Of a stretch of 64,000 nucleotides of DNA, positions 25,632 to 40,109 are shown piece after piece. The stretch is from Octopus vulgaris (Eukaryota). Every line of letters starts with the position of its first letter. Within the stretch, counting starts at the first letter, position 1. The translations under genes and the position numbers were made by a program. The stretch lies in the NCBI GenBank assembly GCA_951406725.2, contig OX597815.1:162812001-162876000 (forward strand), read 5' to 3'. The notes beneath the pieces are model-generated. The model made no database searches and had not been told where the DNA came from. It saw only the letters and a program-made list of their open reading frames with translations.

Positions 25632-27751
25632 AAGATACACACACACACACACACACACACATACACACACATATATATACATACACATGCACACAGACAT
25701 GCAGGAAGTAAATAGACACCTTCAATTTTCAAAATCTTTTATTTAATACACAAAGCGAACAATTGAAATGTAATTGATAGGTAGGACTACATACTTGAGT
25801 ATTTAGTTGACATTCCCTTTGCAGTTATTAATTCAGAAACTCTTTTTGGCATTGAACTGATGAGCTTTTTGATTGTCTCTTGTATGTTTAGGTGATATTT
25901 GCATTGAGTTGTAGGATAGAAACTATTATATTGATAGTAAATGATATCAAAAAGAAGCTACAGTTTGACAGTAGAATGATATTTGTTGTGTGTTAACTCT
26001 TTAGTGTGCCAGGTGTGTATAAGAAGATAAAGATTGTTTAACATAACAAATAAAATTTAATTAGAATAGATGGTACAAAACACAGCTTTTCACATGATGC
26101 AAGAAATCAGATATCTACATGTCTTGGATCCTTTTGAATGACAAGTAAGAGATAATTAGCTGTGAGACAAAATTGTGAAGGCAACAGAAACGTGTGTGGT
26201 GTCATGTGTGAGGTTTAGTCAGAAAATATATTCAGTTCACAGCTAGGACTTACTATAACAAATTGTAGCAGGTGCCAGCAAAGTTGGTAACGCAACAATT
26301 AATTTCCTCATAGGCTGTGGCAATAGAACTAGCTGCTGAACAAGTTGCGATGATAAAGCAGGAGAATGACGGTGATCTGAAATCTATTAAGCAGGTGTCA
26401 TTGTAGCAACAGTGATTAAGAAGTCAGCTTTGGAAGACCTTGCTAAAATGATGGTAAGCACATGTAGTCTGTGGCATTAGGCAGAAGAGAGATTCATGTT
26501 CCATGGTGTCCAAAATGGCAAGAGAGAGCAAGCACTCAAAGACCTCGGAATATATAGGAGTCAACTGCCATGCCACCTGTTGGCATTTTCTGGCAAAGCT
26601 ATCTTTGCTACCTGGTGGTGTTTGCCAGCAAAGGGATGTGATTCAGCCATCTTTGCTATGCTACGTCTCTTTTGTTTCTATATTTCTGTTAAAATACACT
26701 GTCTTACTTTCGCTTAATTTTGAAAATAACAAAGAATTTAGTAAAATGAATTTGTCATTATTAAGTTGGAGATTGGGACAAATATTGACACAAAACTTTG
26801 ATGGAAGGTTTTAATTTAGAACACTTTAAAGCAAGGAGTTTGAATCAGAATGAGGTGTGGCCCTAGGTGGGTTGGCATCTGAAAGGACTTAAAAACTTGC
26901 CAAGACGGGTGGATGAGTTCCATACTTTAAAAGGAATAACATTTTCCAAAAATGATTTTTCGCATATATGTATAATCATAAAGGTGCAGATATGGCTTGT
27001 TCTTAGGAAGTTCATTTTGCAACCATGTGATTTCATGTTTGATTTCATTGTGTGATACCTTGCGTGTCTTTTACCATAATACTTCTTGTGTGAAATTTGG
27101 TTTACAGAAACTGTTTGGAAACCTGTCATGTGTATGTATAAGTGTGTGTGTGTGTGTGTGTGTGTGTGCATGTGTATGTGTGTGTGTGTATATTTTTGTG
27201 TGTGTGCATGCATGTGTATAGGTGTGCTTGAATGTGCGTGTGTGTATCTGTGTGTTTGTCTATACTTGTGTTTGCATTGATATCACTTGGGTAGCAGTGA
27301 TATTTGTTTATGCTCTATATAAGCCATATGTCCCTCAGCTCAGTGGTTTGAACAGACAAAAACTAGTGGCATAAAATACCTACTTGATAACAAGCAATTG
27401 CTAGTTTCAGAAACCAAAAATTAGAAAAGATAATTTTACATTCTGATTTTCAATTAGACAATTGTGCAACGCATTAGATCTGCCCTTCTGCTACACAACG
27501 CCTTCTTTTAATTCTAACCTCTGAACTACTTTGAAGGAGATATCTGCAGTACAGTTGACTGACAGATACGTAGCAGGGCCAAACTTTTATCCTTCTACCT
27601 AAAATTTCAGATGATTCTGAATAAAGAAAACCTACAACTGCTGCTGTTATTATTTAATCTGAGATCAGGTCTGCACTGTTTCAGCAGACCTTTGATTGAA
27701 AACATTCCAGTAAATGACCATTTCATCTATGTTTAACCCATTCATAATTAA

Positions 27752-27973
27752 CCCTTTTGTTACTGTATTTATTTTGAGATACTCCGTGTTTCTTTCAATT
27801 AATTTTAAATTTAACAAAGGATTTAGTAAAATAACTTAGTTATCATTAAGCTAGTGTTAGGAACATTAATTGTGACAAAGGTTTGGTGGAAGATTTTAAT
27901 TCAAAACGTATGAAAACTAGACATTTGTATTACAGAGCCAGAGCTGGTTTCAGCCGGGTTGGTAATGAAAGGG
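27752..27973. mobile_element. piggyBac-like MITE
   Basis: TTAA-cccttttgttac ... gtaatgaaaggg-TTAA. Related decayed copy at ~26670-26890. Confidence 0.75.
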
Positions 27974-30694
27974 TTAAAATATACTGCTTATGCATTTCAC
28001 TTAATTTAGCAGATAATGTAATGTTTGGAAGTATTTTGTAAATAATACACCTCAGTTTTTTTATCATTAAATTTAAAAGAACATAACTTAAAAGATTCTT
28101 ATGCAAAAAAATATGGATGAAAGGTTTTATTTTAGACACAAACACATTAAAACAATAGGTCTTGTGTCATAAAACTACCAAGAGTGGCTTGTAACAGATT
28201 GGTACAGTTAGCATTAGAAGTATAAGGTGTGATTTAAGAGCAACATAGTTCTAGTAGGTAGATTGACCCTGTGAAGGGTTGAAAAACCTATACTTTAATC
28301 AGTCAGTAATCACAAAGTGTTAATTTGATTGATATTTTTCAATTGATGAAGAAACAGATTTTCTAAAGTGATGTGAAAGAGTTTGCACTCTTTGATATAT
28401 TTTGTTTGATATATTTTCCACATGGTATCTTCCTTATATTTCATTTTTGTATTTTGTTTGCGAGATTCTTGATGTGAACTTGTGGTTGAAACAGATTTTG
28501 TTGTATCTTGGAAGGGTCATCATGCCAGTAATAAACACGTGCATTGGTTTTATTTCACTTCTTTTATTACTATTATTAGTAAATTAGTTAACTAGTTAAC
28601 CAATTTGACTAATCATTAGTTTGATCAATTATTTGGTCAATCAATCAATCAGCTAAGTTTATCAAAGTCCTTTCGTTGCTATTCACAATTTCATCAGTGA
28701 CATGCTCTCTCTACACCAGGTTTACTGCAGTCTGTCATCTTTATTGGTATGTAGAAACTTCCATTAGAATAATGTAAATCTTAATAATCGTAGCGATGTG
28801 ACTCGAATTCAGTTTGAAAGTACTATCTATATATAGTCTTGACTTTGATTTTTCACAACAAACATGTTCATACCTGGAATATTCTTTGTCTCTGTGACTC
28901 TACTTTTCGGTGTGGATATGTAAGGTTTAGGTTCTTGTTTTCCATTTATTACTTCTTAAAATAAATATAAAGGATTTATTACATACAGTGGCAATAAAAA
29001 GTAAAAAAAAAATAGATCAAGTTTTAGAAGTAGTGCTATTTTATTTTGAATTACAGACACTTGATGACGAGTTTTAGCTTATTTATTATTTAAGAGTGTA
29101 GTGTAAGATTCTTTAAACTAAAAATAATATTTCCATTACATTGTTATGTTCTAACTAGCTGTCGTTCTAAAGAACAGTTGAATTTCAAACAGTGAGCGTA
29201 TGTTCAATCATATGTTTATTATAGATATAAAGAATTGTTTTGTTAAAAAAGAATGAATGACATTAAGATGTTGCATTGAGGCTCGTAAAATATGAGAAGA
29301 AAAGAAACAGATAGTCATAAAATAATGTCTTTCAAGCCATTGTGTTAATTATGAGTAACTGACAAAACATATCTGAAACCAAAATACTGACTGGCTGTCT
29401 CTTTCATATGTTGGCTGAAAATAAAAGAGAGTCTATAGATTGATAAGTAAAGAATATAGAAAGCTATTTTTCATAGAGCGAACACATTATTTACCCCAAA
29501 TATCAGACACTTTTATTTAAATTGTTGAAAGAAAAAAGTCACCAATTGGCATTACTGAAAAAAGAAAAAAAAAGAAAATATCAATTTGGCAGTCATTGTA
29601 GTAAACAAATTTATTGAGAAAGTAAAGGTCGTTAATTTATCAAAAATATTTTCGAGGTAATTGAGAGTAGAATAATAGTTTTGTATTGATAAAGAGGTGT
29701 GAAGCATGTCAATACAATAAGAGGAATTGGTGACAGTTAAAGACGTTGAAGGATTGAGAGATTTATTTCTGTGCTTAATTGTTTGATTAAAAGGAAAGCC
29801 CCATTTTCATTTTGGCCCTGTTTGTCATTAAAACAACATTCTGTTTTCCAATTATCTTTAAAGTTATGAACTCTAGAGATTTAAAGAATCTTACCGATTT
29901 AAAGGACCTTACTGATTAATTATGGTTAATGACTGATCAATTAATTCAAAGTAAATCAAAAAGAAAAAAAATTCATTAATAACTATTAACAAAGAATTAG
30001 CCACTGTAGTTATCATCATCAAAGTTGTTGTCACCTTCATTGTATTCATCCTCCTCCTCCTCATCATCATCATAATTTAATATCCATTTTCCATGCTGGC
30101 ATGGGTTGGATGGTTTTGACAGAGCCTGATGAGCTACAGAGCTGTGTCAGGTTCCAGCTTCAGCTATGGCATAATTTCTGCTGCTGCTGGATCCCCCTTC
30201 CTAATGCCAGCCATTTTAAAATGAGCATTGGTTGTTTTGTTTTTTTTCATGACACTGGCACTAACAAGGTTGCCAAGTAAGTTGCAAGACAAAGAGAAAA
30301 AAAATGAAGAGGCAAAATCCTTCACGTCAGAGTGGGAATGTGTTTGAAAGATGGAGAGATGGCTTTACATGTGATGTGGAAACCTAAAATATAAGAAAGG
30401 GACAAGCACAGGTGTTTTCCTAGAGAGGAGACACATGCATTCCTTGTGTTATTCAAGGGTGAATGAGGGTAGCTGCAAGGGAGATAAAGACTGTGGTAAC
30501 AGAGTGCCAGAGCATACACTCAAGGTACAAAAAGGTGAGTATAAGGGAGAATATGGACTGAAGATCAAAAAGAAAGACAAGTGCTGGTAAGTTCATAAGA
30601 GTGTAGGAGGAAAATTTTGGATGGGTAGAAATTGGGTTAGCCATGGATATAGTGAGTGAAGAAAGGTGGAGATGTGGTTAATGGTAAATATTAG

Positions 30695-31060
30695 CACCGT
30701 CCCAGTGGCATATAAAAAGCACCATTTGAGCGTGGCTGATGGCAGTACTGGTGGCATGTAAAAAGCACCATTCATGTGTGGTCAATGCCAGTGCTGCCTG
30801 ACTGGCTCCTTTACTGGTGACATGTAAAAAGCACCATTCGAGCGTGACTGATGCCAGTGCTTCCTCAGTGGCCTCCATGCAGGTGGCATGTACAAAGCAC
30901 CCACTACATTCTCAGCATGGCTGGCGTTAGAAAGGGCATCCAGCTGTAGAAATTTTTCCAGATCAGATTGGAGCAGAGTGCAACCTCCTAGCTTGCCAGT
31001 CCTCAGTCAAACCGACCAACTCATGCCAGCATGGAAAGCAGATGTTAAATGATGATGAGG
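30695..31060 (+). mobile_element. SINE family 3 with internal tandem repeats
   Basis: Repeated ggcatgtaaaaagcaccatt units, then the gggcatccagctgtagaaa body and (gat)n tail. Confidence 0.7.
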
Positions 31061-32226
31061 AGGGATGTGAGAAGGATAATATAAACTCAGGAAGGAAGAA
31101 GTGACATGCATCAGCATAGAAGACATAGGGAGTAGCAGTATCATATATCTGTGGGACTAAGGGCATTTTTGAATCATGTTTTGGTTTCTATTGTCTAACC
31201 TTGGGGTTCTTAACCAGAGTTCATATGGCTCTTTGGGTTCACATAAGATTTTGTTGCTAAATTCATGTGCACACAATTGTTTATACTTCTTCAATACACG
31301 AAATATTCTTTTACTCATTTCAGTCATTCATCTGTGACCAGACACATTTTTATCCCCATCTTGTGTCTTTTTTCAACTGGGGTAGTCATGTATCTCCTAT
31401 ACAGCAAGGTACCTGTTTCTGTCCCTCTGTCATACTTTAAACCTCTCATCACCTGGCATAAAGCTATCTCCATTAATACTACACCTGCTTCAGTTGAGGG
31501 GTCTTGTCTTTCAAATTACTCAGTGATTTCACTACTGCTGGTGTCACATAAAAAGCACCCAGAGCATTCTGTAAAGTGGTTGGCCTTATGTTGCAATTTT
31601 GTGGCTCATCAGCTCCTGTTGAATTGTACAACCCATGCCAGCATGGGAAACAGACAGTAAATTGTGGTGATGGTGATCATGATGAATTAACAGTCAAAGA
31701 TGTAAAACACTGGAGAGATTTGTTTCTGTAATTATTTCTTTGATTAAGAGGAAAGCATAATTGTTCCTTTTTTTCTTTTTCTTTTTTTTTCTTTCTTTTT
31801 TTTTGCCCTGTTTCTTGATCAAACATTCTATTCCAGTAATCTTTGAAGTTATGAAATCTAGATTCTTGAAGAATGAAGAAACTTAATGACAAACTAGTTA
31901 ACTTAAAAACATTGCTTTCAAATTTTGGCACAAAGCCAGCAATTTGTTGAGAAAATGTAAGTCAGTTACCTTGACTGCAATGCTCAACTGATACTTATTT
32001 TATCAACAATGAAAGGATGGAAGGCAAAGCTGACCTTAGCAAAATTTGAACTCAATGTGTAAAGATGGACAAAATGCCACTATTAGTGGCACCTGCATGG
32101 AGGCCACTCAGGCAGCACTGGCATCAGTCACGCTCGAATGGTGCTTTTTACATATCACCAGTATGGGACATGTGTGGTCAATGCCAGTGCTACCTGACTG
32201 GCTCCTGTACTGGTGACATGTAAAAA

Positions 32227-32960
32227 GGCTGAAAAGAGAGACAGAATGTTTATTAGTAGCAGCACAGGATCAAACATTAAAGACTAATTGGATAAAAGTC
32301 AAGGTAGACAAAAACCAAGTAGATTCCCAATGTAGGTTATGCAAATCAAAAGAGGAAAATGTTACTCATATAGTAAGTGAATGTAGTATGCTGGCACAGA
32401 AAGAATACAAGAAAAGACATGACAACCTAGGGAGTGTAATCCACTGGGAATCATATAGAAAGCTAGGATTTGACCATACTGATAAATGGTATGAACATGA
32501 ACCTAGTAAAGTACAAGAATGTTGTTGGACTTAAACATTCACACTGACAGATTAATAGAAGCTAGAAGGCTTGATTTAGAAGTAGTAGTTAAAGAGAATA
32601 GAAAGTATCAGATAATTGACTTTACAGTCCTAAAGGATGAAAACATCAATATGAGAGGTATAGAAAACAAAAAAGGAAAGTACCAGGACCTAGCCATTGA
32701 ATTACAGAGGCTATGGAAAGTGCAGGTAAAATGTATTCCAGTAGTTGTAGGTGTATTAAGAACTATCCCTAAAGATTTGAACAGATGGATAGAGAAAATA
32801 GGCATGAAACTCAGTTTAGTTTAGGTCAAGAAAACAGTGCTATTAGAGACAGCTAGGTTACTTAGGAGGGTTCTTGGCATCTAAGGTTCATTGTTGTTGC
32901 CTGATGTTAAGAAGTTTCTTTTCCAACAGTCTAATCTGTTGTGTGTATATGAATGATAAT
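32227..32960 (+). pseudogene. 3' end of R4/Dong-like LINE: CCHC knuckle and restriction-like endonuclease, plus 3' UTR
   Basis: LKRETECLLVAAQDQ, CRLCKSKEENVTHIVSEC, RHD, KWYEH, KYQDLAIELQRLW, IPVVVG. Confidence 0.85.
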
Positions 32961-32964
32961 TATA

Positions 32965-33165
32965 GTTTCAAATTTTGTCACAAGGGTAGCCATTTTGGGG
33001 GAGGGGACTAGTCAATTACGTCAACCCCAGTGTTTCACTTTTATCAATTCCAAAAGGATGAAAGGCAAAGTTGACCTCAGCGGAATTTGAACTCATAGCG
33101 TAGTGGCGGACAAAATACCGCTAAGCATTTTGCCTGGCATGCTAATGATTCTGCTAGCTCACCAC
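32965..33165 (-). mobile_element. SINE family 4
   Basis: Reverse complement of the 57622-57825 type. Confidence 0.75.
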
Positions 33166-33984
33166 CATCCAGCCATAGAAAAATCTGCCTCAGTGAAATC
33201 TGTCTCACCCATGCTAGCATGGGAAAATAGAGGTTAAAATGATGATGATGATGACAATGATGATGATGATTGATGGTGGGGATGACGATACTGATGATGG
33301 TGTCTACTGGTGTCTGTAGTCAAAATATAGAAAAACCAGCAAAATCTTTCATTATAGCATTCTATTGAAGGCAACATAATGATAAGAAATTGTAGCTAAC
33401 TAAGATAAAATTAACTCATGATGTCAGTAAAATCATTGGATCAGAAATGTTTGATTTAATGTCTATAGGTTTCAGTCTGGCTAGACATTCTGAAAGTAAT
33501 TGGAAGGTATTCTAATATCTTTAAACTAATTAATAATATATTTATAGCAGCCTTCGGGCTCCCCAGACCCCAGTTGAACCGTCCAACCCATGCTAGCATG
33601 GAAAACGGACGCTAAATGATGATGATGATGATGATGATGATTGTTATAAAAAGTTATAGAATTTTGAGATTTAATGTTGCTGAATCTTAATTTTTGCGAA
33701 GTGTAGAGATACCACTTATGTAATGTTGCTTTACAAGTTTATTATTATTAAAATTTTGGAATATTGAACCAGAGAAGTTCTACTTGGCAATAGCATGAGA
33801 ATATTGTTTATTGCAATATTTAAAACATGTAGTTTATTGACATTTTATGTCAACAAAGCATTAGATGTAACCAATCTGAAGTTGATTAAATGTCATTGTA
33901 GAAAATGCTTGTAGTCAAAGTATTTATTTATTTAGAAAAAGTAAATGCTAAATATCATTGATGTAATTAGTTAAATGAAAAAGC

Positions 33985-34025
<41 letters not shown>

Positions 34026-34371
34026 GATGACAAAATTTCCTGCAGAAGTTTCAGGAGATAGTAAGGATAGAAAAAAAAATCTTTGATTTGTGAATTGTTA
34101 ATTTTGGGTTATGGTACTCTGAAAAATTACACAGAGTTAAAAAAAAAAAAAAAAAAGAAAGAAAAAAATCAGAAGTTTTATACCAGCAAAATATCTTTGA
34201 AATTTTTGCATTAGGTGAATTTGTTCCCTGTAGATAAATTTGGTTGCAATAACTACATATTCGATATCAGCCTTAATCAGCTCTGCTGAAGATGATCAAT
34301 GATGTACAGTTAGCTAATCAAATGCTTGGAAGTAACCTAGCACTACATCACCCTAGATTTGCAGTGGGAAC

Positions 34372-34750
34372 TCATCATCATCATCATCATCGTTTAACGT
34401 CCGTTCTCCATGCTAGCATGGGTTGGACGGTTTGACCGGGGATCTGGGAAGCCAGAAGGCTGCACCAGGCTCCAGTCTTATCTGGCAGTGTTTCTACAGC
34501 TGGATGCCCTTCCTAACGCCAACCACTCCGTGAGTGTAGTGGGTGATTTTTACGTGCCACCTGCACAGGTGCCAGGCGAGGCTGGCAATGGCCACGGTCG
34601 GATTGGTGTATTTTATGTGCCACCGGCACGGAAGCCAGACGAGGCGGTGCTGGCATCGGCCACGAGTCGGATAGTGCTTTTTACGTACCACCAGACCAGG
34701 GATCCTGGCTGGTTCAATTCGATTTCGATTTCGCTTGCCCCAACATGTCT
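34372..34750 (-). mobile_element. SINE family 3 with (GAT)n tail, young copy
   Basis: Near-identical in reverse complement to 56785-56990. Confidence 0.85.
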
Positions 34751-35064
34751 TCGCAAGCAAAGGGGGTTGGCATGGGTGCCTGTCGTATGGTCAGATTGGT
34801 GTATTTGGGAACTGGTGAGAAGAATTCATTGCAGGAAAAGTCTTGATATTTTCCATTTACTGTTCAAGTATCAAGTAGACATGCTGTTTGTAGCCTCTTA
34901 ACTGATACTGCAACAGACACTTTGTGATTGTAGGGTGAGAGCCGTAATTTCATTTTGTAAGGCTGAAACAGAATTAGCATAGCTCATAATGGGTGTCGTG
35001 CACTTCTAGTTGGCTAGTTTTATTGTCCACTTCTTTTGTCTGTGTATTATATTAGAGAGTTATA

Positions 35065-35282
35065 AGGTGGCCAGCTTGCAGAGTCTTAGTACATTGAAAA
35101 AAATGCTTTGCATTGTTTCTTCTGCCTCTTTACTTTCTCAGCTCAAATCCTGCTGAGGTCAACTTTGCCTTTCATCCTTTCAGGGTCAGTAAAATAGAGT
35201 ACCAATCAAGGACAGCAATCAATGTAATCAACTTTCCCCATTTCCCTCAAAATTTCAGACCTTGTGCCAACATTAGAAAGAA
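35065..35282 (+). mobile_element. SINE family 4
   Basis: Similar to 57622-57825. Confidence 0.7.
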
Positions 35283-36009
35283 TTATGTTAGGGCATAACA
35301 GAATTTAAGTTTCTTTTTAATATATGGTCATGTCCTCTGTCATGTGAAAGTTACTGCAGTCTTTAACAGTTACAGAGCATATTGAACTTACTTTGTGCAT
35401 GACTTTTGACTCACCCTGTATATTTTACAGTTCAGTGTAATGTACTTTTTACTGTATGTTTAACCTTATACTTTTGTAACAAGATGAAGGTCCCAGGAAC
35501 ACTTGAGGGGTGTCTGACTTATCTTGTCACACAATTGTCGAAGGGAGAACAAAAATTCTACTGTCTTCAATAGCAATAAATAATACTTTATTTTTCCGGG
35601 TTTCGCAAATAAAAAATATATACACATATATTTTCTTTAAGGGCGAACCGGTAGCCAAGTCCACAAGACTGTTCACAAATGTTCACTTGTGTGAACCAAA
35701 ATTACCGTCTCCGTTCCCACTGAGAAGAGAGCTTCTCTATATGTAGGGCTTTCCCTGAGAGAAGGTTGGTCACATCCACTCGGTAGGGTTGCTGATTCAA
35801 AAAGAGAGATTTAGCGGGAATGCTTTCAGTTTGCAGTTCTCTGTGCATGCACATGAGGGAACTTCCGGCGGCCTACCAGAAGTAATCCAACTCTGCGCAT
35901 GCACGCTGAAAACTTCCAAAAATAGCATCACTACACTTTCTTATGTACATTCTACTGTATTTTTAGTGACATTGTTTTACTGCTGTACTTTCTACTGTAC
36001 TCTCCACTG

Positions 36010-36330
36010 TACTTTTGATCACCAGGATTTATTTCTGTACATCCTGCTGTATCTTTCACTTCATCATTATTTTTGTATTTTTATTGAGCTTAGTTTCCCA
36101 TCTCTGGTCGACATCTGTCCTCATTTCTTGGATAGGGAACTTCTTCTCAAACCACACCACTGCTGTATGTGCTGACATAGTTCTTTTTGGCCTACATTTT
36201 ATCAACTCTGGTGTACACCAAAGTTCAGCAGTATCTGTCACACTCTTCTTTCTGTATATCAAGGACCTACTCACAGCACGAACAACATACTCTCATATGC
36301 AAATAATTTCACTCTTCACGTCTCATTAAG
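36010..36330 (+). mobile_element. Decayed CR1/Jockey-group LINE RT fragment
   Basis: LISWIGNFFSN...FINSGVHQSSAVSVTLFFLYIKDL (decayed GVPQGS motif). Confidence 0.6.
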
Positions 36331-38705
36331 CTTCTATACTCAATAACCTTCCATTTACAACTTACACACTTCAGAGCAAATATGCATTTATATATATATA
36401 TATTACTTTAATCTAGTGATAAATATATTTTTAAAATTCCAAATAATTCTATTTTATTCTATTTCGTTTTTGGATTTGGTTTGCAAGATTCTTCATATGA
36501 GTTTGTGTGTTGAAGCATATTCTGTTGTGTCTGGGGAGAATCATTTTCTTTTTGTGCCTTATAATGTAACACTCATTCTGTTTAATTGAATATGCTCTTG
36601 TTTTGTGTTCGAAATCTGCTGGTTTAAAATTTAAATTTTAATTGATTAAGTCACGATAAAATATAATACTGGTTATAAATCACGATATATTCAATTTACT
36701 GTCTCCCTTTTCAAATTTCGGTTTATGACAAAGTCAAAATATATTAATATTCACTTTCAAAATTGTCGTTACATCTCTTGTATGTAGTAAGCAGTTTTTA
36801 TGATTTAGTTGCCTATTTTTCCCTTCTGTATTATACAATTTTTACAACTTGCACATCACACGGCTTTTCATATTACTTTTATGTAGCATAAATTTCTTTG
36901 TTGTCTCTATGGACAGATGACTCTTTACATCTCTCCTAATCACCCAGTGATCCCAACTGTTTCCCCATTTTATGATCAGAAGCAGAAATTATTGATTCTA
37001 TTGTAGGTGTCTGCAAAATTTCTGAGAATATATATAAACTTCCTGCCCTTTCAGTGCCAGAATGATACTGCACATCAAACTATGTTTCTTACTAACTATT
37101 GAGCACTCTCATACTAAATATTGCAACTTATTTTGACCTGTGAATATCTCTTTCATGTAAACCATTAGCTTTGCAACGTTCGTATCTTTTTGATTTCTGA
37201 AATTGTTTTTCAGACAAACACACTTTCTTTTTTTTTTTCATATTTTCCATTGATTCTGTTGCATGAACTAAGTTATTTTAACTTAGATCTTTCCATAAGC
37301 ATTGACTTTTGAATTAAAACATGAACATTTAAAAAAATAGCTATGTGAAAAGTAAAAAGTTCAGCATAGAAATTTCAGGACCAAAATTATAATTTTCAAA
37401 TTCCCATCTAAAAAGATTAACTTAATAACAAATATATTTATGCATGAGTTTGACTACTCAAAAAAAAAAAAAAGAAAAATTCTTCTGATCAAATTCTTTG
37501 ATATTACTTCACATGCAACGCATAATTCAGGTATATGGCTGTTCTAAATTGACATAAGTAAACTTCTAGCAAATGCCTTCAGGTACATATTTTGAAACCA
37601 GCTCATTAATTATTTACTGATGATAGTTGGAACCGAAGCCAAACTATAAATTTTGAATCTTGATTAATTTTGCCATTAGCTGTTCTGCCAATTAGCTCAG
37701 TCAATTTTATTACTTGTCTTTTTATTTCATTTCTTTTATATCTTTATAGCTTCATGCAACCTACTCTGAAGTGCATTGTAATTATTATTGGAGGAATTGC
37801 AACTGTGTTTTTCTTACATGTTAGTCCAAAGAGGAAAAAGCAGACACAACTTGTTCATTTCAGCTTGACAGGAATAGTTGGATGAGATTGAATAGTTTAA
37901 TGACTAATTTTAATTTTGGCTAATGATTAGTTGGAGCATGTGAGGTGTGGCACATGTGTGTATGGGGGTGGGTAGGTGTTGATAATTCCAAGGGGATGCA
38001 TTTCCAAGTACAGGAAAATTGGGATAGGGTGTTTGCAACTAGATTAAAGCATTGAAATATAATGTAGATGTTAAGAAAGAAGAAAAAGTGATTTTCTTTT
38101 CAATGCAGGTTTAAATACAGGTATTGTTGAATAAAGAAATTCGAAGGATCTCATTATAAAAATGGTAACAGAAGCAGATTGAGAAGCCTGAGAAATGTAA
38201 TGGGATAATGGTTTACTTACCAAGTGAAAAACATTTTTTTTCTGAGAAAAAAACATTTTTTTTCTGAGCAGTTAGATATTTTACAGGCTGAATAAGGCAT
38301 ACAGTACAGTATAATGTAGAAGTTACTGGTTTTCTCAAAAGTCATGTTTTATGCACAAGTTTTTGTTAAAAAAAAAAGCAGTGAAACTTTGAGTGCATTC
38401 TTTTCTCTTTCATTTGTTTCAGTCATTGGATTTTGGCCATGCTGGGGCACCATTTTTAAGGATTTAGTTGAACAAATTGACCTCAGTACTTGTATTTTTA
38501 AGCTTGGCACTTAGTTACTTGTTTTATCAGTCCATTTTTGTGAAGCTACTGAGTTACAGGGGCATAAACAAACTGACACTGGCAGTGGCCCAGCAACAAA
38601 ATTTACTAAGGGGGTGCAAACCCAGGTCCTAATTTTTTAATGAAAAATGTGGGTTTTTCCAATGTTAACATTAAAACAAATGCAGGTATAATAATAATTT
38701 TTATT

Positions 38706-39215
38706 ATGAGGGTCGGCTGAAATGTTCATAATCTGAGTAAGACACTCTCAATGGAATGTGACTAAATGAAGTTCATTTTCTAACATAGTTCCTCTTACTA
38801 TCCACACACTTCCATAAGTAGTTGCAGTGCTTGGATTGCACTGGTGAAGAAGCTTTTCTGTTGATCGAAATGGTCATCAACAACAGAAAAGATGTTCTCA
38901 TCATAGTGATACTGGTGCTCAGCTGAGTGTTTTCCTATGTTGGGAAACAGATGATAACCAGAAGGAACCAAATCACTAACATAGGGAGGATGATCAACCA
39001 GTTCAAAGCCAGTCACACACAGCAGCCATTGAAACCAAGGACTTGTGTGCTGAAGCATTGTCCTAATGAAACAAGACCCCATTCATCAGTTTTTCTGGGT
39101 GTTTGGTCTTGATAGCCTTTCATAACTGCCTTTGGAAGTTGGTATTGAAATTTTCCATTGATGGTGTGATCATTTTGAAGATAGCCAATAAACACAATAT
39201 TTTTTGCATTAATGC
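38706..39215 (-). mobile_element. Mariner transposase C-terminal fragment with right TIR
   Basis: FELVDHPPYVSDLVPSGYHLFPN; TIR-like tgagggtcggctgaaatgttc. Confidence 0.8.
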
Positions 39216-39524
39216 ATAGTATATGTAATAATATGAAGTCTATTTTGCATATTAAAATGTTTAATTTTGGAAATGTATCAAGCAGAGCTAACATAAGCAG
39301 TAAAAATACAAATTGCAAGTATTTCAAAATGTGGGACACTACATGACAAAAACTAACAAAGAAAAAGGAAGAAACTAGTGGTGCTTGTGTTCCAAAGGTA
39401 CAATGAGAAGTCTCAGGAGGAGGATAGAGAGATGGGGTAGAGGGAAGGAAGTTAGAAGGAGAGAAAAGAATGAGAAGTGAAAAAGATAAACTGGGGATCT
39501 GAAATGAGTACTAGGCAGGAGATT

Positions 39525-39715
39525 GGCCCCTGTGCCAGTGGCATGTTAAAAAAAGCACCCACTACACTCTCAGAGTGGTTGGCATTAGGAAGGGCATCCA
39601 GCTGTAGAAACACTGCCAGATCAGACTGGAGCCTGGTGCAGCCTCCTGGCTTCCCAGGCCCCAGTCAAACTGTTCAACCTATGCCAGCATGGAAAATGGA
39701 CATTAAACGATGATG
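39525..39715 (+). mobile_element. SINE family 3
   Basis: gggcatccagctgtagaaac...catgccagcatggaaaatggacattaaacgatgatg. Confidence 0.75.
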
Positions 39716-40109
39716 TCTTACCTATGCACAGGTCAAGTAGAAAAACAATGAGTGATAAAAAATTGGATTGTCTTTTGGTACCAAAAAAGTGAAGAAAGAG
39801 AGTAGAGAAGGTTAGGGAAGAGTAAGTAGGGAGAAAGAGAGAGTGCAGAGAAATAAGGGAATAAAGATAGACAGTAGGTAGTTGACAGAGATAGACAGAG
39901 GAAGAAATGGAAGGCAGTAAAGAGGGGAAAGCAGCAGATAGGTAGAGAGGTAGATAGAGGGGAGAGGAGAAGGGCAGAGAAATAGATAGAAAAGAGAGAC
40001 AGTCTTGCACCAAATAGTGAACACTGCTTAGGGTACCACTGATTGGGAACAGAAGTGAGTGTGTGACATTACATTGAGTAACAGCCATAAAATGTTGCAC
40101 AGAAAGTCA

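Noticed and set aside
26200-26660. Higher-complexity block that could be an exon or LINE remnant
   Set aside because: No sustained ORF or recognisable motif.
28661-28701. Minus-strand HHR-like string guca CUGAUGA aauugugaauagcaac GAAA ggac UU ugau
   Set aside because: Stems II and III are mismatched and there is no pLTR or foldback context, so it may be chance.
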